DNA of 63,966 nucleotides, counting the filler, from Dicyema japonicum (Eukaryota > Animalia > Dicyemida), in assembly GCA_011109175.1 (NCBI GenBank). It is 4 parts of 4 records of this genome, joined end to end, with 100 filler letters (N's around TTAATTAATTAA, not from the genome) between each part and the next. Parts side by side here need not be neighbours in the genome. Positions count along the whole stretch, not along the records: positions 32,814 to 62,282 come from RDEW01000015.1; 3 more parts are not named here. One strand, 5' to 3'. Below, piece after piece: positions 37,361 to 50,666 of the stretch (position 1 is its first letter; the number at the start of each line of letters is the position of its first letter). The position numbers were made by a program, and so were the translations under genes. The notes under the pieces were generated by a model. It saw only the letters and a program-made list of their open reading frames with translations. It searched no databases and was not told where the DNA came from.

Positions 37361-38462
37361 TTAGACAAGCTTATTCATGAACAAAATAGCAGCTTCATAT
37401 CCCATAAAACAAGCCTACATATAAAACACAAAACATACGGCATTTGCAAAAAAGGCCCTGACTACCACAGGAGAGAATCCTTTATAAAACCCCTTTATTC
37501 CACTTTCTCTATAATCTCTACAACAGCGTCACGAGGACCGTTGGGATAGGCACTTTGAGAGGCTTGAGAATAAGCTAACTAAAACCAGTCTGAAATCTAG
37601 ACTTGACCGTGTCTTGCGGCAAACAAACCACCCAGTTGAAGACACCGGCCATTCCACCAGCAAATAAAGTCTTGAATGGACTTAATCCTCTACCACGTGG
37701 TTAGTTAAAAATTACTTTTCTGAAGAAAGCTTATCTTTAAGATAATTGTAAGTCAAAAAATAAGCACCAGTCCCGGGTACATCTAAATATTTTTAAAATC
37801 TCAAACCTCTATATAGCGTCAGAAGGCTTCCCTTATATATGGACCTGATACCACCTTCTCTGAAAAGCTTCTTAGCACAATCGATTGGCCCGTTGTATAA
37901 TTTTACGTTGGAATTAGTCTGAACTCGTAGGAGACACTTTATTCGTTCACCAGGAGCCATTAGGGCCACTGTCCATGTACCAGATACAAATCCGGCATTT
38001 AAAATATTTAAATAACTAAAATATAAAAATTAAAAAATAATTTTTAAATTTAACAAATATGAATACAAAATAATTTGATGTGACAAAAAATTTAAATTTA
38101 AAATAAAATTTATTACGATGGAGCCTGTGACCGGTTTCCTGTAGATTGTAGCCTCAGCCCAATATTGTAACCAAAAAAGCATAATGCATAAATTGGAGCC
38201 ACTCCAACCAATGGTGCCCCCATTCCTTTGTAAAAGCCGAAGAATCCCTAAAATAGTAATTTAACTAAGAACCTCATTCTTCAGCATTTTTCTTGCGCAG
38301 TCAGTGGCGTTTAAATATCCAGATCCTGTCTGCAATCTTACCTAAAATAATTTGTTGCTTCTATACTTTAATTGTGTCGAAAGGAAAACCAGAAGCAACT
38401 AGACAGCATCCACCAAATCCGCCTGCAATTATGTCTTTTATTAGGCTTTGTTGGTTCGTCAT
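37361..38462 (-). CDS. SLC25A20: Mitochondrial carnitine/acylcarnitine carrier
   Basis: [22 protein letters not shown]|[33 protein letters not shown]|[27 protein letters not shown]; six 23-26 nt GT-AG introns plus one longer intron; one apparent 1-bp slip near 37510. Confidence 0.92.
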
Positions 38463-39959
38463 TAGAATAACAATTGTTCGATATAACCTGACTTATTAAA
38501 AATTAAAAACGATAATTTTATTTAAAAATTTTTAATTCTAATTTTTATTTTTTTATTAATTAATTATTTCTTTTTACTTTAGAATGGGATATTATTAAAT
38601 TTTATTTATGTGAAAACCACATGGCGCCATGTAGTGCATGCTGTTAATTGGTTGAAAATTTCTCTTCCTTCCCTCTGATGCCGTCATTGGATCCACCTTA
38701 ATAAGGAGACGCCCAATGCCTGGTCGGCATTTAAAAGGATCCAATTATTCATTTCACCCTAAGATAATTCCGTTTCCGGCTGTAGTTCTGGAATCGACCT
38801 CAGCTCCCAGAATAACGTCCTCTGAATAAATTTTTTGAGTGAAGATCCTGCTGGAATGATCAAGGAATTAGTTAGTTTGTTTTACCCTTTGTCTTTAGAA
38901 CAATTTTATTTATTTTTATTTTATTTACATAATTTTCGGGTAGACGAATTTTTGTCAGTAAAAATCGATTCTTCGATTAAAATCGATTTTAATTGGTTAT
39001 TTTGTCGAAGGCTTCTGATCCTAAGCTATATTTTTTTCATTATCGTGTCATCGTGTGATCCACCTGTCTCAAGAAGCGCGTGTGCATCCACGAGTCATTT
39101 CATTAGAGGTTTCGCACATTTGGTGTTCTGGATGGAATTGAAGAACTACTCTCTACAACTACGACAGTGGAAAATGGGTAAAACACTACTAACAAAAATT
39201 TCATTTTAAGTGAAAATCCAAGATTATCCAAAAATACATTTTTTATTAATCTTGAAATTTATTTAATTCCCGATCAATAGCGTAACTTATTTTTTAACGG
39301 TAAAAAATAACTTTTTAAAATTTTTCTCATTTTCAGCCCCTCCTCTGAAAACATAGTTTTTCCATGTGCTGAATTCTCAATTGAACTGTGAAGTGGTGAA
39401 TAAGGGGATTAATATAGAACTTGAAGGTTTTCTATTTCAATCAAATCTTTAACTATGAATACGGACATTATCAAAAATAAAGATCGAGTCTTCAATTTCC
39501 TCTTCTAACAAAGATTTTTTAAGGATTCCAGAAAAATTGGTCATCGATGCAATTTCTGATTCTGATGGCCCATACAAGAATGTAGACGAAAGATCCTAAA
39601 ACAGTTCTTCCACGTATGGTCTTTAGGATACTGAAAATCCAACCTCATAATGGGTTTTAAGATGAAAAAATATATTTACCCTTATCCCAATGATTACAAA
39701 GTGACGCTATTGGTCGTGAAAGCTTGTATTAGAAAGACACTAAGAAATGAGTTGAGACTGACCACATTAATGTTGCTCAGAACAGGTGGAAAGATTCTCC
39801 ACTGCTCGTCTAAACTTTCCACTGCTCTTCCTTATCCGTTCCATTCTTTAAGACGTGGACAAAATTTTATCATTAGAATTAAAATTTCAGTTAGGTTAAT
39901 TTCATTGGAATCACTGTTGTTACATTATTACGTCAATGATAGTTAGTTAAATGGACTCC

Positions 39960-40170
39960 TTGTTACCCATAAGCATATGAATACTTATGGTACCGCTTGT
40001 GTTGTGCTCTTCACTATCCGTTCTACTCCCGATCCACATTCATCTTTTTTAGGCAAGCCACACTAAATTTTTATCGTTCCAAATTCATGCATAAGGTATC
40101 CAGTTTAGTGTTGGAAACGAGTCCTCTGACGTTGAAAGTCACAATTGTAAAGGGGTAGAATAGGCAGACT
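39960..40170 (-). mobile_element. RTE LINE APE-domain 5' fragment
   Basis: FTIVTFNVRGL...FSVACL. Confidence 0.55.
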
Positions 40171-40617
40171 GAGTGCAATATAAAGACGTTGATAAAATTC
40201 ATATTTTTCTCATTTTTGTTGGTATAATTACTTTCAAGACGAGTGCCGGGCGAGAGGCCTGATGTCCCTTAGTTCGAATATCGTTTCTGTACATTCCGGT
40301 TTAAGATTCCACGCATCTACGATGCTTTGATTTGACGATTGACGGCGTCATCAGTGAAGATTTCACTGCGGAACCGGAACATCTATTAAAAACATAAACG
40401 CAACAAAAAGAAAAAAAAAGTGAAGAGCATTCCTTGGATCTCCTCTACGATAAGTTATCATAACTGTTCTTTACTTAAATAATATGTGTCCTGCCTAAGC
40501 TGAGCTATAGCCAGTCAGGATATCTAACTGGAGTTTTTAAATTATTAGTATATCAAGAATATTTCATGTTATGATTAGGGTTTAATACTGTTATCGAAAT
40601 TTAAATATCGTTAACAA

Positions 40618-41722
40618 TTATTTAATGCGACTGTCCTTTATGAATGTAGTGAGTTGAGGAACAATCTAAATATATAAACAAATATACCTCAAATAAATCG
40701 CCAACAACTCCATAATCACAATTATCAAATATTGGAGCAGATTCATTCTTGTCAATGGCAACGACTACTTTGCTGTCCCTCATTCCAGCCAAATGTTGAA
40801 TAGCGCCAGACAATCCCACACATATGTACAATTGAGGAGACACAACTTTCCCTGTTTGACCCACTTGCAGATCATTTGATACAAATCCGAGATCCACTGC
40901 GGCACGGGTAGCCCCGACTGCACCATTCAAACTATCTGCGAGTTCATAGACTAAAGAAAATTTGTCGGCAGTTTTCAATCCTCTCCCTAGAATTTATTAG
41001 GATTATAAAACCCCCTGATACAACAACTTTTGCTGTTGTTAGACTAGGCCTTTCAGATTCAGGAATGTCTCTGCTTATAACTGATGTGTTTGAAGGAGTG
41101 GCGATTGGAAGGACTATCCGAGAAGACGCTCGCGATTGTGACTCAACCGGGGGAGAGAATGATCTCACAGTAATCACTTTGATGTTATCAAGGGATTTGA
41201 CTGTTGCGGTGACATTACCTAAATGCGGAGACAAATCAACCAGCGTACTGACGACGCTCGAATGTGTCAGAATCTATCACAGAAGTGACATCACTGAGCA
41301 TACTAACTCCAAGTTTAGCTGACACGTGTCCTAAACAATCCTACAATGAACAATCATGATAAACTCTCATTAGTGAGGATGATCCACCGACAATATGAGT
41401 AAATGACCCTTCTTTCACCAAATGGAGGATCAGAGAGGCCAGTCCAACTGTGTGTAGATTGGAGTCCTCACAAACCAGTACTTCTTTGATCCCAACGAGA
41501 CTGGTGGTCTGTTCTGCTAACTAATAAATAATCTAATAAGGACACAGTTTTTGCGTGTTTAGAGGAAGCAACCAAGCATGTAACGTCGTTTTGGAAGGCT
41601 GAGGAAGCAGTGATAGCACTTTTGGTAGCGTCACTGAGTAAGTTTCCACTTTCTTCGGCAATGACAAGCGTGCTGGATGAGCGAGAAAGTAATTTTACAG
41701 TCCTCAATAGGCGTAGATACAT
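40618..41722 (-). CDS. ETFA: Electron transfer flavoprotein alpha subunit
   Basis: Mitochondrial targeting-like N-terminus, STLVIAE, YAG|[15 protein letters not shown]|[56 protein letters not shown]|IVPQL; 22-25 nt introns. Confidence 0.95.
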
Positions 41723-43833
41723 ATTTATTGATGATTTTAAAATTAATGATTTTATTTAAAATTATAATTTTTTTTAAATTTTATATTTCATATTGAGATC
41801 GTCTTTTGTGAAGGACTAGAGTTAATTGAGATCAATTAAATTAAAATACATACTTCCGTCAATCAGCTACTGCTGCGCGGCATGGGCACTAACATATCCA
41901 ACACCAACCTAAAGAAAATAAACTCCTTAAGAGACAGCAACAAAGACCCTACAAAGATCTTCCTCTTCGATATTAAAACCAACCCCGTTCGAGGATCTCG
42001 TGAAGAATACGGGAGCTCTGCCAAAACCTCCAAAAAGTCATTCGTCCACACCGAAAATGTGTCGGTACTCGAAAGGAACACCGAAAAAAGATGAGGCAAC
42101 TGCTCAAGGAGGCCGGGATCACTTGACGGCTCCTACTCTGTTTTGTCGATGATTCTTGGTTCTAAATAAATAAAATAATAGTGATAACACCAGAGACCAC
42201 GGTTACACAAATTAACTAATCACGTGATCCCAGCACGCTTTAGCAGGGACCTCATCTTGGCCCGATGCTCGTCCCCACACAAGCACGTATCGGTCGAGTG
42301 ACTGGACCTTCGCAGTCACGACGGCGCGTTCCATGGTTCAATCTTATTAAGGCTTCAAGAGGCATTGGTGGCTGGAGTTCTCTAGAGATCCAGCGTTCCG
42401 TGATTTTGGAGGCTCTTCTCCGGCTAGCCTCGATTTTCAAAACATTCGTCAAGAGATGAGTGGACCCTATATACCACATGCATAAGAGATGCCTGGTTCA
42501 ATGAATTGTTTATATACCGTGTTTAAAACAGAATGCTTTCCGATCTTCCATAAGCCTGTGAAGCATTTCAGAACATTGGTTTTTTTTCGGATTTCGTAAT
42601 TACGTTTTCAACATGGGGAGAGAATGACATATACATGTCAAAAGTCACCCCAAGGATCCTTTGGGATTTTCTGAAAGGAAATAATTAAATAAAATAAATA
42701 ATTATATCGCTGTTGATATTGATAAAAGTTCCCAATGGGTGTCATTCAGTCATTTTGCACGTGTAGTACCCATCGTGTTGGTGAAGGGAACGGTATCTCT
42801 CACCATTCTCATCACACCACCACCGATTGAACCATTTGTTTAGTCAACACGTTTACAGGAGAATCCTTTAAATCTTGAGGGTCAGCTTTGAAGGAGTTAG
42901 ATGAGTCTCCTGAAGAAGACCGATGTTTTGGTTAATCGGAAAATGCATGAGTTCATCTCGTAGATTCCGTTGATTTTTAGTCGTAGAATATTAATGCTTT
43001 AGAAAGACCCGGTTGTATTCCACGCCTCCTGACAGAAATAGTGACTTGAAGCGGCTTATAGTAGCCAGGATTTTCTGAGAAAAAGTCCTTGTGAGGAAGG
43101 TGAAGATGGTCTTTTATTGAAGAAAATATCATCCAAATTTCTCCACAAGAATGTGATCCACATAGAATCATTACGCTGGATGGCCTCCTAAATGTTAGTG
43201 AGGGGGAAGGTAACTAATTATTAAATCGTAATCCTATCGGATAACTAATACCGACTTAATAAATCCGAGGTTAATAAAATTGAAATTAACTAATCTTGAA
43301 AAAAACACCGACAGAATGTAATCACGTTTCTTTGAACTGATGTAAATCTCCTCATCACCAATGTTATTTTTTTATCTCCCGTGGTTGAAAAAAAGACGCA
43401 TCAAGTTTATGACCGGATATTTATCCTTCAAGTCAAAAATTTGGAAGAACTTGAACATTTAGCGTATCCCGGGGGAAGAAAATTTTAGAATATTTTCACA
43501 ATATTTATTTGACCTCAATCTAAAACTTTAATCCCCAAAAAACGAGAGTACATATCAATCTTTTTTTCAGATTGTATATCACTCATTTTTGGTCCTTTAT
43601 AGCCTAACCACAATGTGACGTAAAATGCCTTTAGCAAACACATTGGACTGCTGCTAAAAATTACGTTTTATATGGAACGCACTTTAACGGCATAAAATAT
43701 TGTTCATTAAACCGCCGACTCAATGGTCAAAATCAGTCACGTGTTAACATTAAAAGTCATAATTCGAAAATAATGATAAAAACTGATTCGGTAAAATTAA
43801 ACAATAAACCAAATTTATTGAACCCACATTAAA

Positions 43834-45873
43834 TTAAAGTTCTTCTGAATTATTCGATTCTGCGGCTCCCAATTTTGATGTGATAGGATGAACAACTTTA
43901 TCAAACTCCGACATTCTGTCTTTAATAGCCTCAACGGTTGCGGACTTGTTTTCATTTAACCATTTGAGAGCACTCTCAGTCTCTTTCAGTAAAGTCTGTT
44001 TATCTTCAGGGACAATTTTCCACCTAACTTGGATTCGTCTTTTAATTGAGCGCTAAGCTGATACGCTGCACCTTCAAATTTCTGATATGCATCTGTCTTT
44101 TCTTTAAACAGACGGTCCTCCTCTGCAAACTCTTCAGCATCTTTGATCATGGCAGCAATCTGTTCTTCACTCAAACGTCCACTGGTAGACTCGATGACTT
44201 GTTTCTCTTCCTTCCCTGATGTTTTCTCAATAGCACGGACAGTAAGAATGCCATTGGCGTCAATTTCGAATATGACCTCAATTTGTGGGACTCCGCGGGG
44301 GCAGGAGGGATACCAGAAAGATGAAAATTCCCAATTAGACTGTTAAACTCAGTACGTTCCCTTTCTCCCTGATATACTTTGATGTCAACTCCAGGTTGGT
44401 TATCAGCTGCAGTGGTGAATACACTGGATTTCTTGGTGGGAACAACGGAATTTTTAGGAATGAGTTTTGAGAAGATACCTCCCATGGTCTCAATTCCAAG
44501 GGAGAGAGGAGTAACATCCAAAAGTAAAAGATCTCCGCCTTGGCCAGTGAAAACACCTCCTTGGAAAGCAGCACCAACAGCAACCGCCTCATCAGGATTA
44601 ACACCTCTCACAGGCTCTTTCCCATCGAAAAAGTCCTTAACCAATTGTTGAACTTTAGGAATCCTGGTAGATCCACCAACAAAGATAATCTCATCGACCT
44701 GATCCTTGGTTATTCCAGCTTCAGAAAGGACATTTTTAACAGGTTCTAATGTTTTTTTGAATAATTCGAAATTGAGTTCCTCTAGCCTGGCTCTTGAAAG
44801 TGTTTCTTCAAAATCAGCACTATTTGAGATTCCCTCAACTTCAATGGTGACCATATGTTGTGAAGAAAGGGTTCTCTTAGCCTTTTCGACTTCTCTTCTC
44901 AACTTCATCAGCTTAACATGGTCTCCCCTTATATCGGTATTGTACTTTTTCTTGATGAGTTTGACAAAATATTCGAGAATGTTGTGATCAAAGTCTTCTC
45001 CTCCAAGATGGGTATCCCCACTGGTTGCCAGAACCTCAAACACACCTTCGTCAATTGTAAGAAGAGTAACGTCAAATGTTCCACCACCAAGGTCGTAGAC
45101 CAGCACATTTCTCTCCTTCATTTTCTTATCCACTCCGTAGGCTATTGCGGCAGCTGTCGGTTCGTTAATTATTCTCAAAACATTCAGCCCAGCTATGGCC
45201 CCCGCATCCTTCGTTGCCTGTCTTTGTCCATCGTTGAAATACGCTGGCACTGTTATTATCGCATCCTTCACCGTCTTCCCCAAGTATTTCTCAGCAATCT
45301 CCTTCATCTTTCCTAACACCATTCCGGATATCTCCTCTGGACTGTATTCCTTCATCTCTCCGTTCACATTGACTAGGATCGTTGGACGGTCATTTTTATT
45401 CATCACCTAAAATTAATCGAACATTGACCTTAAATGGAAACTTTGACAAATCCGATTGGACTCCTTCATCATCCCAAGATCTACCAACCAATCTTTTAGC
45501 GTCAAATATCGTGTTCTCTGGGTTTAGTGTGATTTGGTTTTTTGCAGAATCCCCAACAAGTCTCGCTTCTTTTGTGAATGCTACGTAAGATGGGGTTATT
45601 CTGTTTCCCTGTTCGTTTGGCATTATTTCCACTTTTCCGTCTCTCAGAATTCCCACACTACAGTCATTTAATCTAATTACCATGAATAAGTTGTCCCCAA
45701 ATCTATTCCGATTACAACATCGGGCTTTGGAGCTTCACTCAAGGACTGAACAACAAGTGACAGGAGAAACAAAAAAGAAGACACTAAAAAAGATAAAACC
45801 AAGCAGAAAACTTTAAGTTCTACGTGTAACGAACTTTAAATTTATTTAATAATACGTGTTTTAGGTTAACCAT
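43834..45873 (-). CDS. HSPA5: ER Hsp70 chaperone BiP/GRP78
   Basis: Hydrophobic signal region, [11 protein letters not shown]|[52 protein letters not shown]-terminal SEEL*; 22- and 23-nt introns; two 1-bp deletions in C runs (~44300, ~44010); exact start codon uncertain. Confidence 0.93.
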
Positions 45874-46699
45874 CTAATTAAATTTAATAAAATTAAAAAA
45901 AATTATTATATAAAAAATAATAATAAATATTTTTACTGATAGTTTGACTCAAATTTGCAGCAATAATATTTAATTTGTTAATTCTATTATCTGTGACGTG
46001 TCATATTGTCATAAGTACCATTACCTAAATGGTGAAGAATTCTTTTCTACTTTTTGCCTTCTAAAATTCCAAACAGTATAATGGAAAGCACTATCATGAG
46101 ACACTCAGTGCCTTGGTGACAACAAAAAAGGATGTCTTTCTTCCCTTTTTCATTGGAGGGTTCCACAATGTCGAATATTGATGGATGTGATCCTTGTAAA
46201 AATATGTCTCATTCCGACCAAGGGAACTGAATAATACTTTTTCAAGTATATCCGTGGTTATTAAATATAAAAAATTCTATAGAATATTTATTAATCGATA
46301 TTAAAAATTCATCATGATAGTTTTCTAGAGTATGACTCATTGATAAAAAAAATAATTCACACTTTAAAAAAGGTTCAAAGAAATCTATAATTCTATGCTG
46401 TCTATTGATGACATTAATCGCGGTTACACAAAAAAACTTTGGAGAAGTGGTCTACGGACAAAAAGAACATTATGCCGACACCCTTGGAGATCCCAATAAC
46501 GAAGGAGGCTTGATCCAACGTGATAAGAAAAAAACCCGACCCCAACGATCTTGTTCAGGATCGAGAGTAGAGTATTGAGCCAAACTGTAAGCCTGGATTA
46601 AATTTGTGGGGATCACTTTGTTTTATTTTCGGTATAACAGTTGTCCTGGAATAAAGATTTGATTATGTTTAGCTTAGTACAATTTTGAAGCGAATTTAT

Positions 46700-48060
46700 T
46701 CCTTGCTAAATAAGAATGTTTTCTAATAAATTGAAGTTACGGTTAACAAACAGGCGATAATAAATTGTGCCTGGAAAAGCGGGAAATGGGCACTGATTAC
46801 GAGGCTCTCACCTAAGTGAATATTGGTTGGATAAATTTGCGGTAGATGATGGACAGGCATCTAGCATTCCCTTCGTGAGTTTTTGAAATGATCTTTAGAA
46901 TCGTCATTTTCTTCATTGCTGCTGTCACCTAGTTTTGCGAGAGTTCCTGATAAAACATGACACTCATTAGTTTGCCCGATAATGACTAGAAAATTGTGTT
47001 ATTAAGAAAATTCTCGGCTTGATGTTGTAATGATTTTATACACAGCAAATAAAGTCGCGAAAGACTTTTTTGGAAATTTTTTTGTCCTAGTTTAGCGAAT
47101 TATGGGGTCAGAGTATCTAGCGTTTCTTCGACGTAAGTTGCTGCTTGTAGTCTTGATCCCTAGTAGTGATGACAACATCATCCGTATAGGATAACAGGGT
47201 GAAGTTTTCGCTAGTAGACTGTGACGTATCGGTATAAATAGGTTGATTGAAGTCGGTGAAAGATAAAAACTTTGTAAAACTCTGTTAGCTAGATGTGCCT
47301 TTAATTCTATTTTGTTTCGTATTAGCTGACCCCAGCAATGAGGACCCTGAAGATGATCTCAAAACCCCTCGGAAGAAACGCTGGGCCCCTTTCCGTTGTG
47401 TATTGGCAATTTGTACGACCTACGCAAGTGAATCGTGGTCGATGGCTATTTCCCGCTTCTCTCATCTGAAATTGTCTGCAATACAAAAAGCCGCCAAAAT
47501 CGGCCAAAATTTTTTGTCTGCCCTCTTGAAGCAATTTTTATTGAACGACAACAGACGATAGTGAAGGTAACCACGTTGCCTAGCAGAGAGATAACCACAT
47601 CTCCTTCTTGAGAGCTATGCAGGAGTCTCGTTCACGTCGGATAGGGCCTCACCTGTATCGGTCTGGGGTCACTTTTTGGGAACTTTCTTTTCATCTTCAA
47701 ACGGTTAAAGTTTTTATTCAGATTAATGTTCGTGTCGAATACGAATTCTAAAAGTATTTTTCTTTACATTAAGTCGAACGCTTTGCTTATATCGACCAAC
47801 ACCAGACAGATTTTTGATGTGGCTTTGGTAAGTCGAATCCTCAGTAGTATATTACATAATGCAGGCAAGATGTGTAGATGCAGAACGGTTGTTCTGAAAG
47901 CCGTAGTGGAAGCTCGATAATGGATTGATGCCTTGGATACAATCGAGAACTAGTCTATCGAGAATTCTGGAAAGGGAACAAAAGATGAAAATTGAACGAT
48001 ACGAGAACAGCTTGTTGATTGGTTTATTCGGTTTGCGCACTGTCTTAATAGGTTCTACAT
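46700..48060 (-). mobile_element. Degraded LINE RT
   Basis: CSLSRILDRL, HYGFQNNRS, VDISKAFD, SYTDDV; a plus-strand post-RT-like LINE piece (TYASESW) lies at ~47300-47520. Confidence 0.6.
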
Positions 48061-49369
48061 TGATATGTTCCGATAGCGCCTTTAAATCTCCCTATAATAA
48101 TTAAATAATAATATGTTATTTAAAAATCTTTAATTTTTAAAATGTATTAAATTTAAATTTATCATTTTTAGCGGGTTATAATGGTGGTCAGAAAAGCAAA
48201 GACAAAATCAAACGATACAATTTGACGGATATTCCTCATAATGAGAAGATAGACGAATTTTGTGAAGAGTTTAATTCTCTAAGTATATAATATATCATTA
48301 CGTAGTTAAACCATGCCGTGTGATAATTGAAAGTACATTTAATGAACTTAATCTCAATATAAAGAACTACTTTGGACTATTTCGGTTAAAAATTCCCGCT
48401 GAAATTTTAAACCTTAACGTTGATGATTTGAATCGTTCCTTGTGTTTTGTATGTTTTAGTATATAAAACGACGATTGAGGATTTATATAGTCTTTTGAAA
48501 ACCCCCTGGTTGGTATAATTTGCTTAAAATTAGCAACACTGACGTAGAAATCGAGAAAGGCCTTTCTATGGATTCCCTGACTTTCACCAAAGCTGAATCA
48601 TTAGATGTGAGTTTGTGTGATTATGCAGATCCTCAACAACATTAAGCGTCTATGTGAATTTCTCGATACAAATGACCGTGACTGCATTGAACTCATAAAT
48701 AAACTGGTGATGATTTCTGATGTATTTGTTTGGTCATTATTTGTAGGAGTTGATTAGAAAATTGTAATTGTCTATATTTTTTCCTGCTTTTTATCCTAAT
48801 TTTTAATGGTACGAGTTTATATGTGATTTAATTATTTTTACGTTCGAATTGTACAACCACCTTTAATTTAGATCAGATAGGATGCTATAGCTATAACAAC
48901 GGTCAGTGGGTTAATTTCCCTTGGTTATTTGATCGAAGGGGTTCTCGTCCCTTTGGAAGTTAATTCTTTTCATTTGTTCGCTAGCGTGGTATCGGGTAAT
49001 CCACATTTCGTAAGATGCGCTTATTATCAAGACAACATCAAAGGGATCATTTGCTCTTTTAACTTTACTGGATTATTCCTTGGTTGGATTCTGGGTAGCA
49101 TTGTGTGATTGAAAAGACTTGTTTTTCGCGATTGCGACCATGGAAATTGGGTGCACTTAATTAGCCTTAACTGTCAACTTCTTTAATAAGGGTAGTGAGT
49201 TTTTCAGAAATACATAAAGTATTGCGATTTGCGGATCTTCTCTTCCCATATTTTTTGCTTACCCTCTTAAATGCTAATTAATTCGTAATTTAACGATATA
49301 TTCTTATTTTAACTTTAAAAAGGAATAATTTTTTTAAACAAAAAAATTTTTAACAATTAAACAAATGTC

Positions 49370-49640
49370 AATTGAGGAAGCCTGCTGCGTGGATTGCGAA
49401 CGAGTTCCCTCGGAGTATGGCTATTCATATCTTTTGTCTTAGCCATAACCCTTCTCGTTGATCCCCTTTCTTTCTGGCAAGCAATCCTCCGAGTTCTTGC
49501 AAGAATTCAGCCGTCATTGGACCAACGGCTCCCGATGATTCGGTCGCAACAGGAGTAAATCGGTAGCGATCCCCGAGGCAAGAATATTTCTTGATTTTTA
49601 GGTTTTCCGCAGTCGAAGCAGCTGCTCCAGGTGTCTGAAA
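49370..49640 (-). mobile_element. CRE-clade LINE, 3' end
   Basis: KYSCLGDRYRFTPVATESSGAVG...WLRQKISIAILRGNSFAIHAAGFLN*. Confidence 0.8.
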
Positions 49641-49689
49641 ATGAATAATTATATTCAAATAAAAAAATCAATTGTAATTAATTAACACT

Positions 49690-49965
49690 AAGCTGAATTT
49701 TCCACACTGTTCCCCTCGTATACCACTTGAGAAAGCGAATAACTAGACAAGGCAGCTGTTTCTCCTAATTCCTCTTCGACGTCAGAGCCTCTTGAGATAA
49801 GATAGTCACTCTTGCAACCTCATCATCATAGTTATCAACAGTCCATTTCTATGCTCGATTATCATGCTCTCTAAAGTTATTTTAATCGTCATTGAGGATG
49901 TACGCCTTTGTAGAGACATCACGTTGAGTCTTTCCATATAGGACTTGTAGTACTCCATCCCATGT
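49690..49965 (-). mobile_element. Second 3' fragment of the RLE LINE family seen at 8620-9450
   Basis: TWDGV..SYMERLNV..ITLESMIIEHRNG. Confidence 0.6.
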
Positions 49966-50055
49966 CAAAACAATCGAATTAATTCTTATTTTAACTATTT
50001 GATTTTAAATTGTGAATTAACTCGAATATTTTAATTAATTTAAAATCAAATATTA

Positions 50056-50666
50056 ATGGTAATGATGGTGAATATTTTTGTAGTTTAAAATATTTGGTAA
50101 TAATGAGTGTCCCGACTGGATATTATCAGAAATTGGTACTCTTTCACGATTGGTCATGTTATAAAGTAACCTTAGACTATCCTTAAATTCAAAAAACTAT
50201 TGGGTCAAATATGGAACATGGATGTCATCAGCACCACCATCATAGACAAATTTGGTATATGACTTTAACTGATCAGACGTTAATGATATCAAATCAATGG
50301 TTGCCACCCTCAGATACATATTAGAAAATAGTGCCGCTAATAGAGTGTCCCACCACGTGCTCAACGAAGAAGTTCAGCAATTGGGTTTCCTTAAGGGTTG
50401 GCTGTGGTGCTCATTGTAGAACACGCTTCCATTCTTTCTAAATTTTATGCTGAAATGCCTTTCAAAGACCATTCATTGCATCACCTTGACTGTCAGTTTG
50501 CTGTACTTGAAGGGAGAGTCCATATGCAGTCCCCCGTTTTTGATATAGTGCTCACTAATAATCAAGTTAGCCTACTTTTAGAAGGTCAGATCGTTCTTTA
50601 CTATAATTAGAATTAACTGTAGCACGTGAATGTTTCGAGGACTACAATAATATGAACATTTGCTAA
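50056..50666 (+). CDS. COMMD4: COMM domain protein 4
   Basis: M|FKIFGNNECPDWILSEIGTLSRL...DIKSMVATLRYILENSA...EVQQLGFLK|EHASILSKFY matches the COMMD4 CPDWVLAEI / ELQQLGLPKEH pattern; 22-25 nt introns. Confidence 0.75.

Noticed and set aside
41863-42480. Short overlapping ORFs upstream of ETFA
   Set aside because: No recognisable motif in any frame; cannot be assigned.
43986-44320. Two frameshifts in BiP (also single slips in RBSN, SLC25A20 and PLK) as programmed frameshifting or pseudogenisation
   Set aside because: All fall in short homopolymer runs in otherwise conserved genes, typical of sequencing indel error.
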